A stretch of DNA of 37,927 bases from Hydrurus foetidus. Its lineage: Eukaryota. This document shows, in pieces, positions 11,527-23,542 of this stretch; the stretch's first letter is position 1; the number at the start of each line of letters is the position of its first letter. Below the pieces are notes generated by a model. The model saw only the letters and a program-made list of their open reading frames with translations. It had not been told where the DNA came from and did not search any database. The DNA is taken from assembly GCA_900617105.1 (NCBI GenBank), contig UYFQ01000481.1, forward strand, positions 1 through 37,927. Reading direction: 5' to 3'. Position numbers and translations under genes: made by a program.

Positions 11527-11574
11527 TTGAAGCCTGAAGACTTCAAAGATAAGTTACCCGATTCCCCGTCCACA

Positions 11575-13942
11575 ATGATGCGAACAAGATCTGGCGCCGG
11601 TGACGATTCACCCGATGCTGAAGATGACTTCAGCGAGGAAATCACCGACGACGGCCCTCCTCCGCCGCATAATGATATGTCCGACATGGATCCTGCTTTG
11701 GAAGAGCAGGTGCTTGAGACCAACGTTGACGTTGTGTTTGATAGCTCTGCCTTCCAGGCAGCTGTAGATAGGGAAGTTGCCCGAGTTCTTAGGCAGAGAG
11801 AGAATGATGCGAAGGTTGATGCCCCTTATGGGACAGTCGACATTGCTCTACGGGCGGATCTGCCGTTGCGCGATCAGCCCCACTCTCGAACCCTATTACC
11901 TCGGGCGAATCCACCCATTGTGAGAATGTCCAGCGCGTATGTGTCCGAGAATGTTGAACAAAGTAGCATAAGAGAAATGAATCCAATGAATAATGAGGGG
12001 GGAAACTCTGGCTATTGATAAATTTAGCTACTCCAACAACAATATCTCTCAACAACGACGCGATTCTGATGCGTGGAACCAAAATTATAGTCGGCGCGAA
12101 AGTCCGAGTTGGAATAATAACAATAGTTCTCAACAACAACGCAGTCCGAATAGTAACAACACATCTAATAGATCCCAGCAAGAACGCGCGGAAAATATTA
12201 GACAGTCCTCTTCTCTTCCCAATATTCATGAGTATGAATCTGAGGAAAGCTACAATAGAAGAACGCCAAAACTTCGGCATAGATTAGTCCCTCAGACTAC
12301 ATATATCAAAGTTGCGCAAGTATTCATAAGTGAATGCGAAAAGAATAAGATAGATATGCATACCCCCGACAAATTTCGTCGATTACGGGGATTACATGCT
12401 ACATTAGCCAATGCTGATTTACTTACTCTCTTGACCGGACATCGTCCGCAACCTGTCATAGATCTTGAAGTAAATAAGTACGGTTACTCAGAAAGCCGTG
12501 TAATTAACATACCTGTTCTTTCTCAAACTGATGAGGATTCTTCATCCGTCTTCTCTACAAATAACACAACTCATTTCGAGGACGTTATGTTGAAGGAAGA
12601 CGATGCCTTTAAGTTTAAATATGATAATGAGAGATTGTATTCATTGATATTCGCCATGTTTTATCAAAATCTTCATCAACATGTTACAATCCAAAGCGAA
12701 TCCACACGCAATGGGATTAATGCATATCATGATATTCATCAATTTGTGTTCGGTCAGAAGCAAATTGACATTAAGTTCGCCAAACGCGCTCTTGAAAATC
12801 ATAAAGTAAATATACATTCCCCAATGCGGACAGAATATTCTCGATGGGAAACTGCGTTCTCTAACCTCGAGCATGCCCAAATGCGGCGCCTAACTGAAGT
12901 TGAAAAAATATCTTGGCTATCAGATCAATTCAAAGATGATCCCAGATCCCAAATACAATCCTGCTTCGTTTCAAGTGCGTCCAGTAATGAATCTTATAGT
13001 CTGATTATAGAGAAACTTCTCCGTATATACGATCTCATATCCGAAAATACCACATCTCGTGTTGCAAGTTTCGATACCTCCAATATGACTTCCAGTAGTA
13101 CCTAGCCTCATATCCTTTATCAAAATACTCTTTCAAATTCTGGTGCTCCTCCTCCAAATCCTCCTCTTCAAAACAAGTACAAACCTAATAACAATTATGA
13201 CCCCAATAAGTCAGCCAGTCAAAAGAATGCCAAGACTCAACCACCAAAAGTTGACAGTCGGAATAGTGACAAAAAGAGACTAGCTGCCGGAGGATTTTGT
13301 TTTAAGTTCAATATGGATGTGTGCCCTAAGTCGGCTCAAGAATGTCAATATAAGCATGAAATTATGCCAAAAGACTTCCGACCCCCTACACCTCCTCGTC
13401 GTGATAATTAACCGGTATCCTCGGCCAAAACCCAACCGGCTAATCCCATATATCCTAACCCAAGTTTCAAGTTAACTCAAATTCAACTTGACTCTGTGGG
13501 ACCTATGTCTGGCAATGCTCATGGCAGATATGCTGGCGGATATTCTCAAAATCAAATTAAGAAATTAAAGACCTTGGAAGAGGTACTAAATCAAGCCACT
13601 ACACCCACTGAGCATCGTGTTCAAGCGTTCTCTAGTTGGGGTAATCCATCTCAGCCTGCATATACAACGCATGGTGAGAAAGCTAATACACTAATGAGAA
13701 TTTGAATCGACCCGAATAATCAGCGTATATTGAAGACGCAACGGTTAGATAATTCTTGTCATAATAAGATTACAGAAAATGATTTAAAAAACAATCAGAG
13801 ATGTTTACTTCAAAATGTCATGTATTACCAAGATCCCAGATCTTTCCTCTGGAACATTGAACCTTACCCAGTCACCTATTATCCACTCAAAGGATACCGT
13901 GATGGCCCTTGTGACGTCTTAATGAAGCTCAACAGCAAATAA
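11575..13942 (+). pseudogene. gag: Copia-2 gag region (frameshift and in-frame stops) with a CCCH finger
   Basis: Lies between PBS and protease. Has a helical core around NGINAYHDI and CFKFNMDVCPKSAQECQYKH at 13298-13357. Confidence 0.7.
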
Positions 13943-14088
13943 ACTTTGAAAATGAAATTCATAATGAAATTAATAATGATAATGAATTTGAAAATATAGT
14001 ACTACCCATTATTGAAGAAATTCCTCCACCAGAAGTAGTACATGTCCCTCCAGATTTATATCATATAATTACTCCTGAAACTCCTGAT

Positions 14089-17000
14089 ATGACTTTGTTC
14101 GATTATTATTATAATCTGAACGTCCTTCGTACCAATTCTCATTTTAAAGCTATCAAACAAACACCTCATCAAATTATTTTTGATTCTGGTGCTTCTACCT
14201 GTGCTACGTCTGATGCTTCGCTGATTGATAATATAGTTTATGGTAATGGTGTCAAAGCTACTCCAGCTTTTGGTCCACCAGTTACTTCCCAAGCTTCCGG
14301 CAAATATGGCCCCCTTGGTTTAGACATTATCCTAATGCCAGGAATGAAAGAAACTCTAATATCAATATCCGAATTATGTCATGGTGGTATATCCGGTGAG
14401 CCTAATGGTGTCTTCATTACATCGGAAGGTCTACGTTGTTTTACAATAGCAAGCGTACGTCACCCTATGCAACTCATGCATGATCACGGAAAGGAAATAG
14501 TTCGTGGATTCTTATCCAATGGTGTCTATGTATATAAGGGTCCTGATGATAATTACAATAATGGACCAGTCCATAATACAGTCCAAGTTCCTAATATGAA
14601 TCCGACATATCCAATGCCTATATCCAATCAAAATATCCCTCTTAATAAGTCTATTCATAAGACGACTACAATACCATTACAATTATACCTGACTCAGTTT
14701 AAACCTGTTTCATTGTATGATCATGTACATATGGTAACCGGACATCCCGGTAATGCAGGCATGGCCTGGCATCTCAAAAATTCCACGGGAGCAAAATACT
14801 CCGAGGAAGATGCGTCCAAACAACGGGGTGCATGCAAAGGTTGTGTATACGGTACGATGCATCAAACACCTACCGATCACAGACGAGAGCATCGCGATCT
14901 TCCTAATAAACCTGGACAATGTTTCACACTCGATGCCTATTCTCATACTTCCTATTCCACACGTGGATACAAGTATTGTGATATATACACTGATATAGCT
15001 ACACGTCGTAGTTATCCAGTATTCACCAAAGATAGATCAGCACATGAATTATGTGAACAAAGCAATAAATTATTCTGCCAACACCCAGAATGGCAATATG
15101 TTCATGATACTGACACTCGTCGGTTCATTCGAGTAGACCCTGAACGCAATTATAAATCGTTCGAGTTCCTCGCATTCGCCTCCTCCAAGGGTTACAGCCT
15201 CGAACGTACACCGGCACGTGACAAACATGCTGGCGGTATTGCTGAGCGCGCAGTTGGACACATTGTTGCCAAAACCAACGTCGCAATGTTAAGCCCTGAT
15301 ATTCCTGTGCCTCAATCATTCTGGGATTTAGCTATGAAGTATGCATGTGACACAGCATCATACAATTTCAGTACTGTCATAGGAACTTCACCATACATGA
15401 AAATAACAGGTCAACCAATAAATATCAAATATTTGCAACCGTTTTGGGCATCATGTTACGTGTTTATACCACTAGCAGACAGAGTTAAGTTGGGTAGTCG
15501 CCGAGCATATAAAGCTCGATTTGTCGGTTATTCCAACACATTTCTCTTGTTTCCCAATTACTTTGTACTACCATATTCAAATGGTCAGTACGGTAAAGTA
15601 CGTGAAAGTAAAGATGTCATCTTTGATCCATCCATAGACTTTAAGATCTATGTTGATGACGAAGAGCCTTATGACCGTGAATTTGTTAATACAGATCACT
15701 ATGTCCCTTTCCTACATCGACCAGCTGCTCCTCTCGAATTACAAGGAGAATTAGCTGAACCCCATGTTGAGATAGTCGAAGATACTTTTGAACCTGATTT
15801 TCCTGAACGGTCTCAAGTCCTCGCTCCTCCATGTGAAAAAGAACAACATACACCAATACCATCTGAAGATGTCAATAACGAAAATATTAATATTGTAAAC
15901 ATGCCATACACTGATGATCAAAATGAACCAGTCTATTGGTATAGTCTTCAAGTAAAGAATGATGAATATGCAAAAGTAATGTGTGAATCACAGCATTATT
16001 CAAAATTAGGTGTACCAGTTGATCCTAGAATTCCTAAATCTTTTAAACAAGCTATTCAAATTCCAGCGTGGAAAATAGCCATTGATAAAGAATGTGAGAA
16101 ATTCGCCAAAAATGATTGCTTTATTGTTGTTCCTTTTAATGGTCAACAATTAGTATCAATGCTATGGCTTTTAGTATTAAAACTGATGGTACTTTTAAAG
16201 CTAGACTTGTTGGCCGTGGTGATCTAATGCAACCTTGGGTTCATTTCCATCCAGACCAAGTATATTGTGGAAATGTTTGTGCTTGTTCTATTAAGATTTG
16301 CCTTGCTATCGCTGCAAAATATAAACTCACAATGCGGGGTGGCGATTTAGAAGGTGCTTACTTAGTAACACGTGCAAATAAAGATTACCCAATATTTATA
16401 AGAACTCCTGAAGGATATAAAATACCTTTCGGAATGTGCATACAATCCATTGGCAATTTATACGGAACTCCAACAGCCGGTCAAAATTTTAGTATAGAAT
16501 TTGACAAATGTGTAATGGAGTGTGGATATCAAAATACACCATGGGATTTGAAATTATTTTACAAATGGATCGATGACAGAATACTATTGTTAATGGCTCA
16601 TAGTGATGATTTCCGATGGTTTGGTGATTTAAAAGATATTGCAGAATGGGATTTACTGCTCAAAAGTTTTAATAACCATAAATACAAAGTAACTGACTGC
16701 ACTGACAAAGAATTTGTAGGCATTCGTATTACTTGCGATGAAAACTTTAATTATTTCATTGATCAAACAAGAATGGTCGAAGACATTATCGATGGAATTG
16801 GAATGAAAAACGCTAAAGACGAAACATTGCCATACCCATTAGATAAACTCAGTTTATCAAAATTAGATAATGCAACTCCAGCACAATTATCTGAATGCAG
16901 TAAATTTCCTTACCGACGAATCGTGGGTCAATTAATGTACGGTGTAGTACATACTTTGGTTGCCATAATGTACGCACTCAATGTATTATCCCGCTATGGT

Positions 17001-17633
17001 AATAACCCAGGTCCTCGTCATATTGAATTTGCTAAACATTTACTTAGATATGTTAAATATTCGAAAAATGATCGATTAATGTTTAAAACTCATGATGGAC
17101 CACGAGACATTTCAACAATGACAAGAATATTGCAATTAAGATTTCAATGTGATGCAGACCTTGCTGGTAATCCTGACACTCTACATTCGCAAACCTCATA
17201 CCTTGGGTATTTGGGTGACGCATTAATATGTTGGTGTTCAACAGATCAAGGTAGTATATCAACATCTACAGCAGAATCAGAAATAAAAGCAGTTAATCAC
17301 ACATTAAAATGTGAAGTCATTGCGAATCGTGGTATGTTAAATCAAATGGGTTGGACACAATCTCCAACGGTAATTGAAGAAGATAATAAAGCATGTGTGG
17401 ATGCTTCAGTTGTAACACATATGACAAGAGGGTTACGTCATCTTGACCTAACAGAAAATTTCCTTAAAGAAAAATACGCCGATGGTACATGTGTACTAGT
17501 TAAAATAACACCTGCCGAAAATAATTCAGATATTGGAACAAAACGAGTCACAAAACAAATATTTGATAAGTTGACTAATGAAATAATTGATAAATCTTTA
17601 CGTATCGTAAAACAAAAAAATAACACTGAGTAG
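14089..17633 (+). pseudogene. pol: Copia-2 pol (PR, IN, RT, RNase H; frameshift near 16165)
   Basis: IFDSGAS (PR). H..GH...CKGC and TLDAY/RVDPE/AERAV (IN). FKARLVGRG, GDLEGAYL, NLYG and HSDD (RT). CDADLAG, STAESE, EDNKAC and SDIGTK (RNase H). Confidence 0.95.
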
Positions 17634-17925
17634 TGTTTCTATGAAAAAAAAAATTAAAAAAAATTAAAAAGTAAAAGTGAAGACGTTCAAAATAAAAGTT
17701 ACAAGCGATTTTAAGTTTATAAATAATATGAACTTCTCGGTTTCAAAGATTTCAAGACCAAGACGATGGAGCTCCAGATACCACTTTCTCATTCATATGG
17801 CTTCGCCATTTTGTAGAATAGTTTAATATTGTAGTATTTATGATGTCTAATGATATCAATTGATTAAAAAAACCGAATTGAAAATTCCGGGGTGTGTCCA
17901 ATAATCGATTGATGATTACGGGGTG

Positions 17926-18442
17926 TGTCAGCTTATATCAGCGATAAGTGCTATTTATAGCTGTATATAGCCGTTATAATCATCGATATGTAGCTAGGAA
18001 TATCTCATACGTAAGTACATATATGCAGTTCGTAACTACATACAATGATCACTTTAAGTCGCTTCCTCAATGCTTATCGTATCATGTATAGTGTCATTGT
18101 TGTGGGTTCATGACCGCATATTTAGTATAGATTCCAGATTTTATGGTATGAGGGTACGAGAACTTTTCCATGTGTGATGTATGGTTTGAAGTATATCTCG
18201 TCGCTCGTCAACGTAGGCTTAAATCTACGAGTTCAAATTCAAATCTGAAATGGATGACGAATGAGAACTTATTGACTTGCGGCAGGTAGAATGATGTTCA
18301 TCATGCAACGTCTTTTCAATTCGCATGTGTTTAGTTTCTAATTCTTAACGAATATTCGATACTCAACTTCCAAACTTCTTCGCCTGGTCGCTTGTGCTTT
18401 TGGCCTCCTGTGACCTCATTGATCGTCCCTGATCAACTGACA
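17926..18442 (+). repeat. Copia-2 3' LTR
   Basis: Copy of 11001-11517, preceded by the short PPT ACGGGGTG. Confidence 0.97.
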
Positions 18443-18447
18443 AGTTA

Positions 18448-18813
18448 TACAATCTTAGACATTTTTCATTAAGGAATGTGATAGAAAGAATATTTGGTGT
18501 AGTGAAGAAGAGATTCCCAATTCTAGTTGAAATGAGCCCCTATGCATTCCCATTCCAATGCGATCTTGTGCTTTGTGCTATGATGTTGCATAATTTCATT
18601 CGTTCTCACCAATTGTGTGAAGATGAATTTGATGAACCTGATGTTGAAATCAACAATGCTAACAATGATGATGACGATGTTGATGAAGTAGCAGAAGTTC
18701 TTGGTAATGGCAATGCGTTGAAGCAATGGCGTGATGGAATAGCAGCTGCTATGTGGAATGACTATGTAGTCTACATAGAAGAGAATGGATATGGGTCTGA
18801 GGATGAAGAATGA
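18448..18813 (+). pseudogene. Harbinger transposase, 3' part
   Basis: Rejoined junction reads KEL|YNLRHFSLRNVIERIFGVVKKRFPIL, followed by LHNFI and WRDGIAAAMW. Confidence 0.93.
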
Positions 18814-18957
18814 ACAATATACTTGACATGATTCATATTACTCTGTTTCAATGTCAACTCAATTTAACAGCTTTTTTCAATATTAGAGCTATTTCCAAAA
18901 GCAGTGTTCTTGATAAAGGCTTCATTAAGATTAGAGCAAAGTGCTACAAAAATAATC

Positions 18958-19892
18958 TTATGCATTTAAGCATTCTCTAATACTCTCATTTCTTTCTTCC
19001 TCATACTGTAGGATAAAGACACCACAATTTTCCTTCAGGTATTTCTGGACCTTGGACCTCTGCCCTGCATCTAGGTCACCTGAGTGTTCAGCTTTGAACA
19101 GAGCTAATGCCTTAGATAGATCATTCGGCGCGGTATGATGACTCACGAGCTTGTCCTGGTTATTTGCGATGACGTTCAGGAGTTTCAAAACCTCATCTTG
19201 GGGGCTAGCTTTGCATTTTTTGTACCCGTCCTTTGATGGGAGAGGTTTGACCGGTTTCTTTACGACTGAGACGTTGTCGTCGACGGAGCTTCCACAATCC
19301 TCTAGCGCCGAGAGTCTTTTATGGGACGACTGAGTTCCAACAATCTCTTCGTCGATTGAGTCCTGCGGCTCGTCGTCATTCCAAGCATCCTCGAGATTTC
19401 GTTTCTTCTCGGCCTTGAAAGGGAAATCAGGCGTCATGAACACAGACGATTTCGCGTATTTGCCTGTTGCACCTTTCCCAGTGAAGATGTAAGTGGAAGC
19501 ACTTTTTCTTCATACAGTGGAAGCACTTTATGCCTATAGTTCGCAGCATCTTTATGGGCAGCGATGACGTCGTTCCATACCGAGTCGCAAGCAGTAGGAC
19601 CTCCTGTATCGGGGTCTCTACCAAAGCCACTGTTCCCCATTAGCATATCGTAGATTGTCCATTGGCTCTTAACTTTTGAGTAGTAAGATTGACACTGTTG
19701 CTTTGTATAACTAAACTTGGGTTCGGATGCCTCCCTTTTGGCTTCGTATGTCGTATTGAGATCGACAACGATCTTTTGCTATGATGCTTTTTTGAATCCA
19801 GAGTCGACAAAGACGCATGCATCCATCTCCGAAACCATAGCTTTGATGAAACATTCACGGCTCTTCTCTGCCCATTTCGTACGTTCTGTCAT
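18958..19892 (-). pseudogene. Harbinger Myb/SANT-like DNA-binding protein
   Basis: MTERTKW...DSGFKK...QCQSYYSKVKSQW...NSGFGRD...VWND, read across frameshifts. Convergent with the transposase. Confidence 0.82.
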
Positions 19893-20181
19893 GCTTGTTC
19901 TGCTAGTTATTTGTGAGAGATTACTGTGAATTTCCTCGAATTGTGTGCCAGTCGTATTTTGGAGAGAGTCAGCGGAAGATAGCAGAAAGAAAGAAAGCCA
20001 GCAAAAAAGATTCGAGTCCAGAGTCGTTTCTACGATGCAGTGCTTTCATCTCGATGCACTGTTTTTTTATCGTCAAAATAATCCGCTGTCTTCTTCTGGA
20101 CAGTGCCTTGTGAAAAGACAGCGGAACCAGGGGTGGATCGGGGTAAGACAGAAGAAAAAAAAGTTACCGAACGAGGACTAA

Positions 20182-21671
20182 TCCTTTTTTAGGATTAACA
20201 TTTTCTGTTATGTACGACATTGCTCCTTGAACAAAAAATGATAATAGTCCACTCTATTCGTGAAAAATCTCTGTTTCGGTGTAAGAGTCCTTTAAATAAT
20301 TCATGATTGCTCCTGTGCATTAAATTTTCCATGATAATATTGGAACACCATGATTTTTGGCCCACAATTGGGCTCTAGAAAACATTACATGATCTCTTTC
20401 TGAATTAGAAGTAACAGCAAGTGGTGCTGAGTACCATTCTTGTAATAAAATATTTAGCTTTTCATTAATGAAATCCTTTTTTTTCAGTGTATTATTATGA
20501 ATAAGTGATTCAAATAATTTGTCGGAAACTTGATCTCCATTGAAACTTCTTAAATTTAATATAGTTTCCAATTGTTGAACATCTTCCGCTGCTCGAACTT
20601 GATCATTTAATTGTGTTAACTAAAATTTGGTGAATAATTCTGCACCTTTGTAGTTTCCTCCATTAATTTTATTATTATTGTTATTTCTATGAATACTTTT
20701 CGTATTGTTTTTAGCTTCTAATGTTTTAACGAAATATGTTATTATGTCCTTATACAAACAGGAATCACCAACGGGAATAATTTGAAAAAAATCTCCAAGT
20801 ACAACAATATTTATGCCGCCAAATGGTATATTGTTACCCATAACTTGCTGCATCCTTGCATTTATTATATAAAACAAGGATGAACCTACCATTCATATTT
20901 CATCAATAATGATGAATCTGCAGTTTCTAAATTTCCAATGTAAGTGACGTAAAGATGTATCACTTAAGGAATCTTTAACGATGGATTCTACATTTTTTCC
21001 TACAGGAATTTGGAACAAGGAGTGAATTGTTTCACCTCCAGCAAGTAAACTTGCAGCGGCGCCTGTATAAGCTGTGCATGCGATAACTTTGATTTGAATT
21101 CATTTATTGTCCACGTTTTTCCAACTCCGGGTCCTCCATGGATGAATAAAAGCAATTGTTTATCAAAATTTGTTGTAAGGTAATTCTCAAAAAAATTCAA
21201 TGCTTTTATTTGATCTTTTGTTGCTGTCGTAGGTATGTTTTTCGGACATTTATTATTATCTTTTTGGTGTTGATCGTTTTCAGGAAAGAAGTTATTTCCA
21301 GTAGATGTAACATTATTTAAGATTTCTTCCTCTACATTTTTTTCACGTATTACTTCCCATATTTTGTTCCCTAATGTGTTATTACCAAATTCATGTATAT
21401 CTATTTTATGTGTTTTAACATGATCATTACCAATTCCATTGAAAGTGTTAAAACAATTTTGTAAATATTTTACTATGGCATTAATTTTATTACTTTCTAA
21501 TTCTGAATTTTCTGTAAGTTCACTTAGAAGTACTTTAATCAAATCTCGTGTTTCTTTATCATCACTTATCAAATAATTACAATCATCATTGGTTTTGTCA
21601 TAAATATCATTATTATTTCTTTTACTATGTTTCCAGCGCCAGTAATTAACACTTTGACATACTGTTTGTAT
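20182..21671 (-). pseudogene. PIF1-family helicase N-terminal part
   Basis: Walker A HGGPGVGKT, AYTGAAA, IIIDEI*MVG, PFGGINIVVLGDFFQIIPV and QVRA. Contains stops and frameshifts. Confidence 0.92.
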
Positions 21672-21889
21672 TGTAGCCATATGCCATTTAGTATGGCATT
21701 ATGAGCTTCTAGGACTATCGGTCTACAGATCGGTCTACAGGGTCGTAGGCTTCCAGCCTCACCCTTACAACGTATACTCTGCTATCATCTAGCTAGTCCA
21801 CGTAGAAGTTACCCTAGCTACGGCTTTCCCCTGTAACTAAGACTTCAGCTCCTCTCCCTTCCTTTCTCTCTTTTGCCATTAGGACTACA
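21672..21889 (+). repeat. Gypsy 5' LTR (218 bp)
   Basis: About 4 substitutions and 1 indel relative to 27734-27950. Confidence 0.96.
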
Positions 21890-23542
21890 ATAGATCTATT
21901 CCGTCCACTCTTCTTTAGCTAATACCTCCGACTTCTACCTCTCCTTCCCGATACGCCACCTCCAGATCCCAGCCTCTGTCGACAGAGACGCGGACTCGAG
22001 TGAGCCTTCGTGGATAAGTCTTTTTCGTTACTTAAAATCCATCTCAGCGATTAAGTTCGTCTGCAGACGATTTCTCTGGGGATTTTCACCGAGACCAGTT
22101 TCGTCGGTTTAACTATCACAACTTGGATCCTCGAAGCTTTCAAGCTTGTGCACTTTCCAGTTAATTCTAGATCGTTTTGCACGATTGCCAAGGGTTAGTG
22201 AGCAACGTTAAGTCGTTTTCTCGCCTCAACTGTGCTTGGTTGGCTTTAAATAGCTATTCTCACCGAGATTTTTGACGCATCAAAAATCTTGACTTCTCAC
22301 CATATACCTGCTTCGTTTCTGCTGTTGTTTCCAAGGTTTTCTACCTTACAACACAGGGGGGAAACTCTGGCAAAAAAATTTCCAGAGTTAACTCTCTTCA
22401 GAAGAAATTTTGACAGTAATATCTCTTAAACCATATCAGGCTTAATTGCTTGATATGTCGAGCGGCTCTTCTAACACCGTTCCCACCTCGGGAATATTGC
22501 GAACTCCTGATGGCTTTCAAACAGCATCGGGTAGATTGCGTCAATAGCAATCACAGTCGAGTAATTCTTCGACAAATCAACGCTCGGGTTCATCACCAAT
22601 AGCATTCGATAATCGTCGTTCGCAGGGTTCATTACCTGACAATGTACGTCGCTCTCAGTCTTCGACTGTTCAATTACAACAACCTTTGTTCGTATTGAAA
22701 GGGCCGCACATCTCTCCTGAAGAGGCTGTTCTGTTTAAGACACAGGCGATACGTGTCCCTGACATCGGATCGTTTACGCCATGAACAAACGCGGGTCAGT
22801 TGCGTCAGCAACGATCGCAGTCCAGAGTTATTTCTCTTGTTGGAACAAACCTTTTGAAAATTATTTTCTATCGCATAACGCGCTTAATTGCTACTTATCG
22901 GGGGATGTTTCCCAAGGGATATACTCCACCAAAGCTCTTCTTCATGAAGAATTCATCGTCGACATGCGCCTTCGCGTTGAGCGCCATGCTTTCGACAAGA
23001 GCAATCGTCAAACCTTCTATTGCATTGCAAAAGGATTTGTTCGAAGGTGTGATGTCACTCCGTCCAGCTCTCAGCTGGAAGCTACAAAGGCAGAACCCTT
23101 CTTTCTAGACCAAACTGCATGACTCCGTACCACGCGTGTTATCAGACCTTCCTGGCTTTACTCCATAACTCGAATCGGGGACTTTTTATTAAACTGTGCA
23201 GCCCACTTTTAATCCCGTAGCGCACAAGGTGTCGGGGCGATTCGAACCAACGATCTGTTTGATCCCAGACAGCTAACCACTTAAGCGATAGCTGGTTCGT
23301 GCTCTTCATGTAAAATGTAAGCGTTTCAATACCGTTATTGGGCATCGTAACAACTCTGCGCAGAGGACTGTATAACTGTCAATTTTTGTGTCGGTGTAAA
23401 TACATCTCGAAAATGCACACCGGATTATAAATATTTTTTTTTTTCAAAATTATTATTTTTTTTTTTTCGAAGTGATATGCAGAATTGAATTAATTGCATC
23501 ACAGTTGAATCCAATGCTTTACATCTTTGCTATAATTCACTT

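Larger units (their letters stand above)
11001..18442 (+). mobile_element. Ty1/Copia LTR retrotransposon Copia-2, full length
   Basis: 517-bp TG...CA LTRs, 5-bp TSD agtta (10996-11000 and 18443-18447), PBS, PPT, and PR-IN-RT-RH order. Confidence 0.97.
9948..20178 (+). mobile_element. PIF/Harbinger DNA transposon
   Basis: TAA TSD (9945-9947 and 20179-20181). Imperfect TIR gagctcgttcggcgactt / aagttaccgaacgaggac. Convergent transposase and Myb/SANT genes. Confidence 0.95.

Noticed and set aside
13103..13942. Alternative genetic code to explain in-frame stops
   Set aside because: All three stop types occur, and host genes and the Tc1 ORF read normally with standard stops.
22870..22940. Minus-strand SFGGVY...VAIKR resembling a kinase N-lobe
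   Set aside because: It is interrupted by stops and has no downstream kinase motifs.
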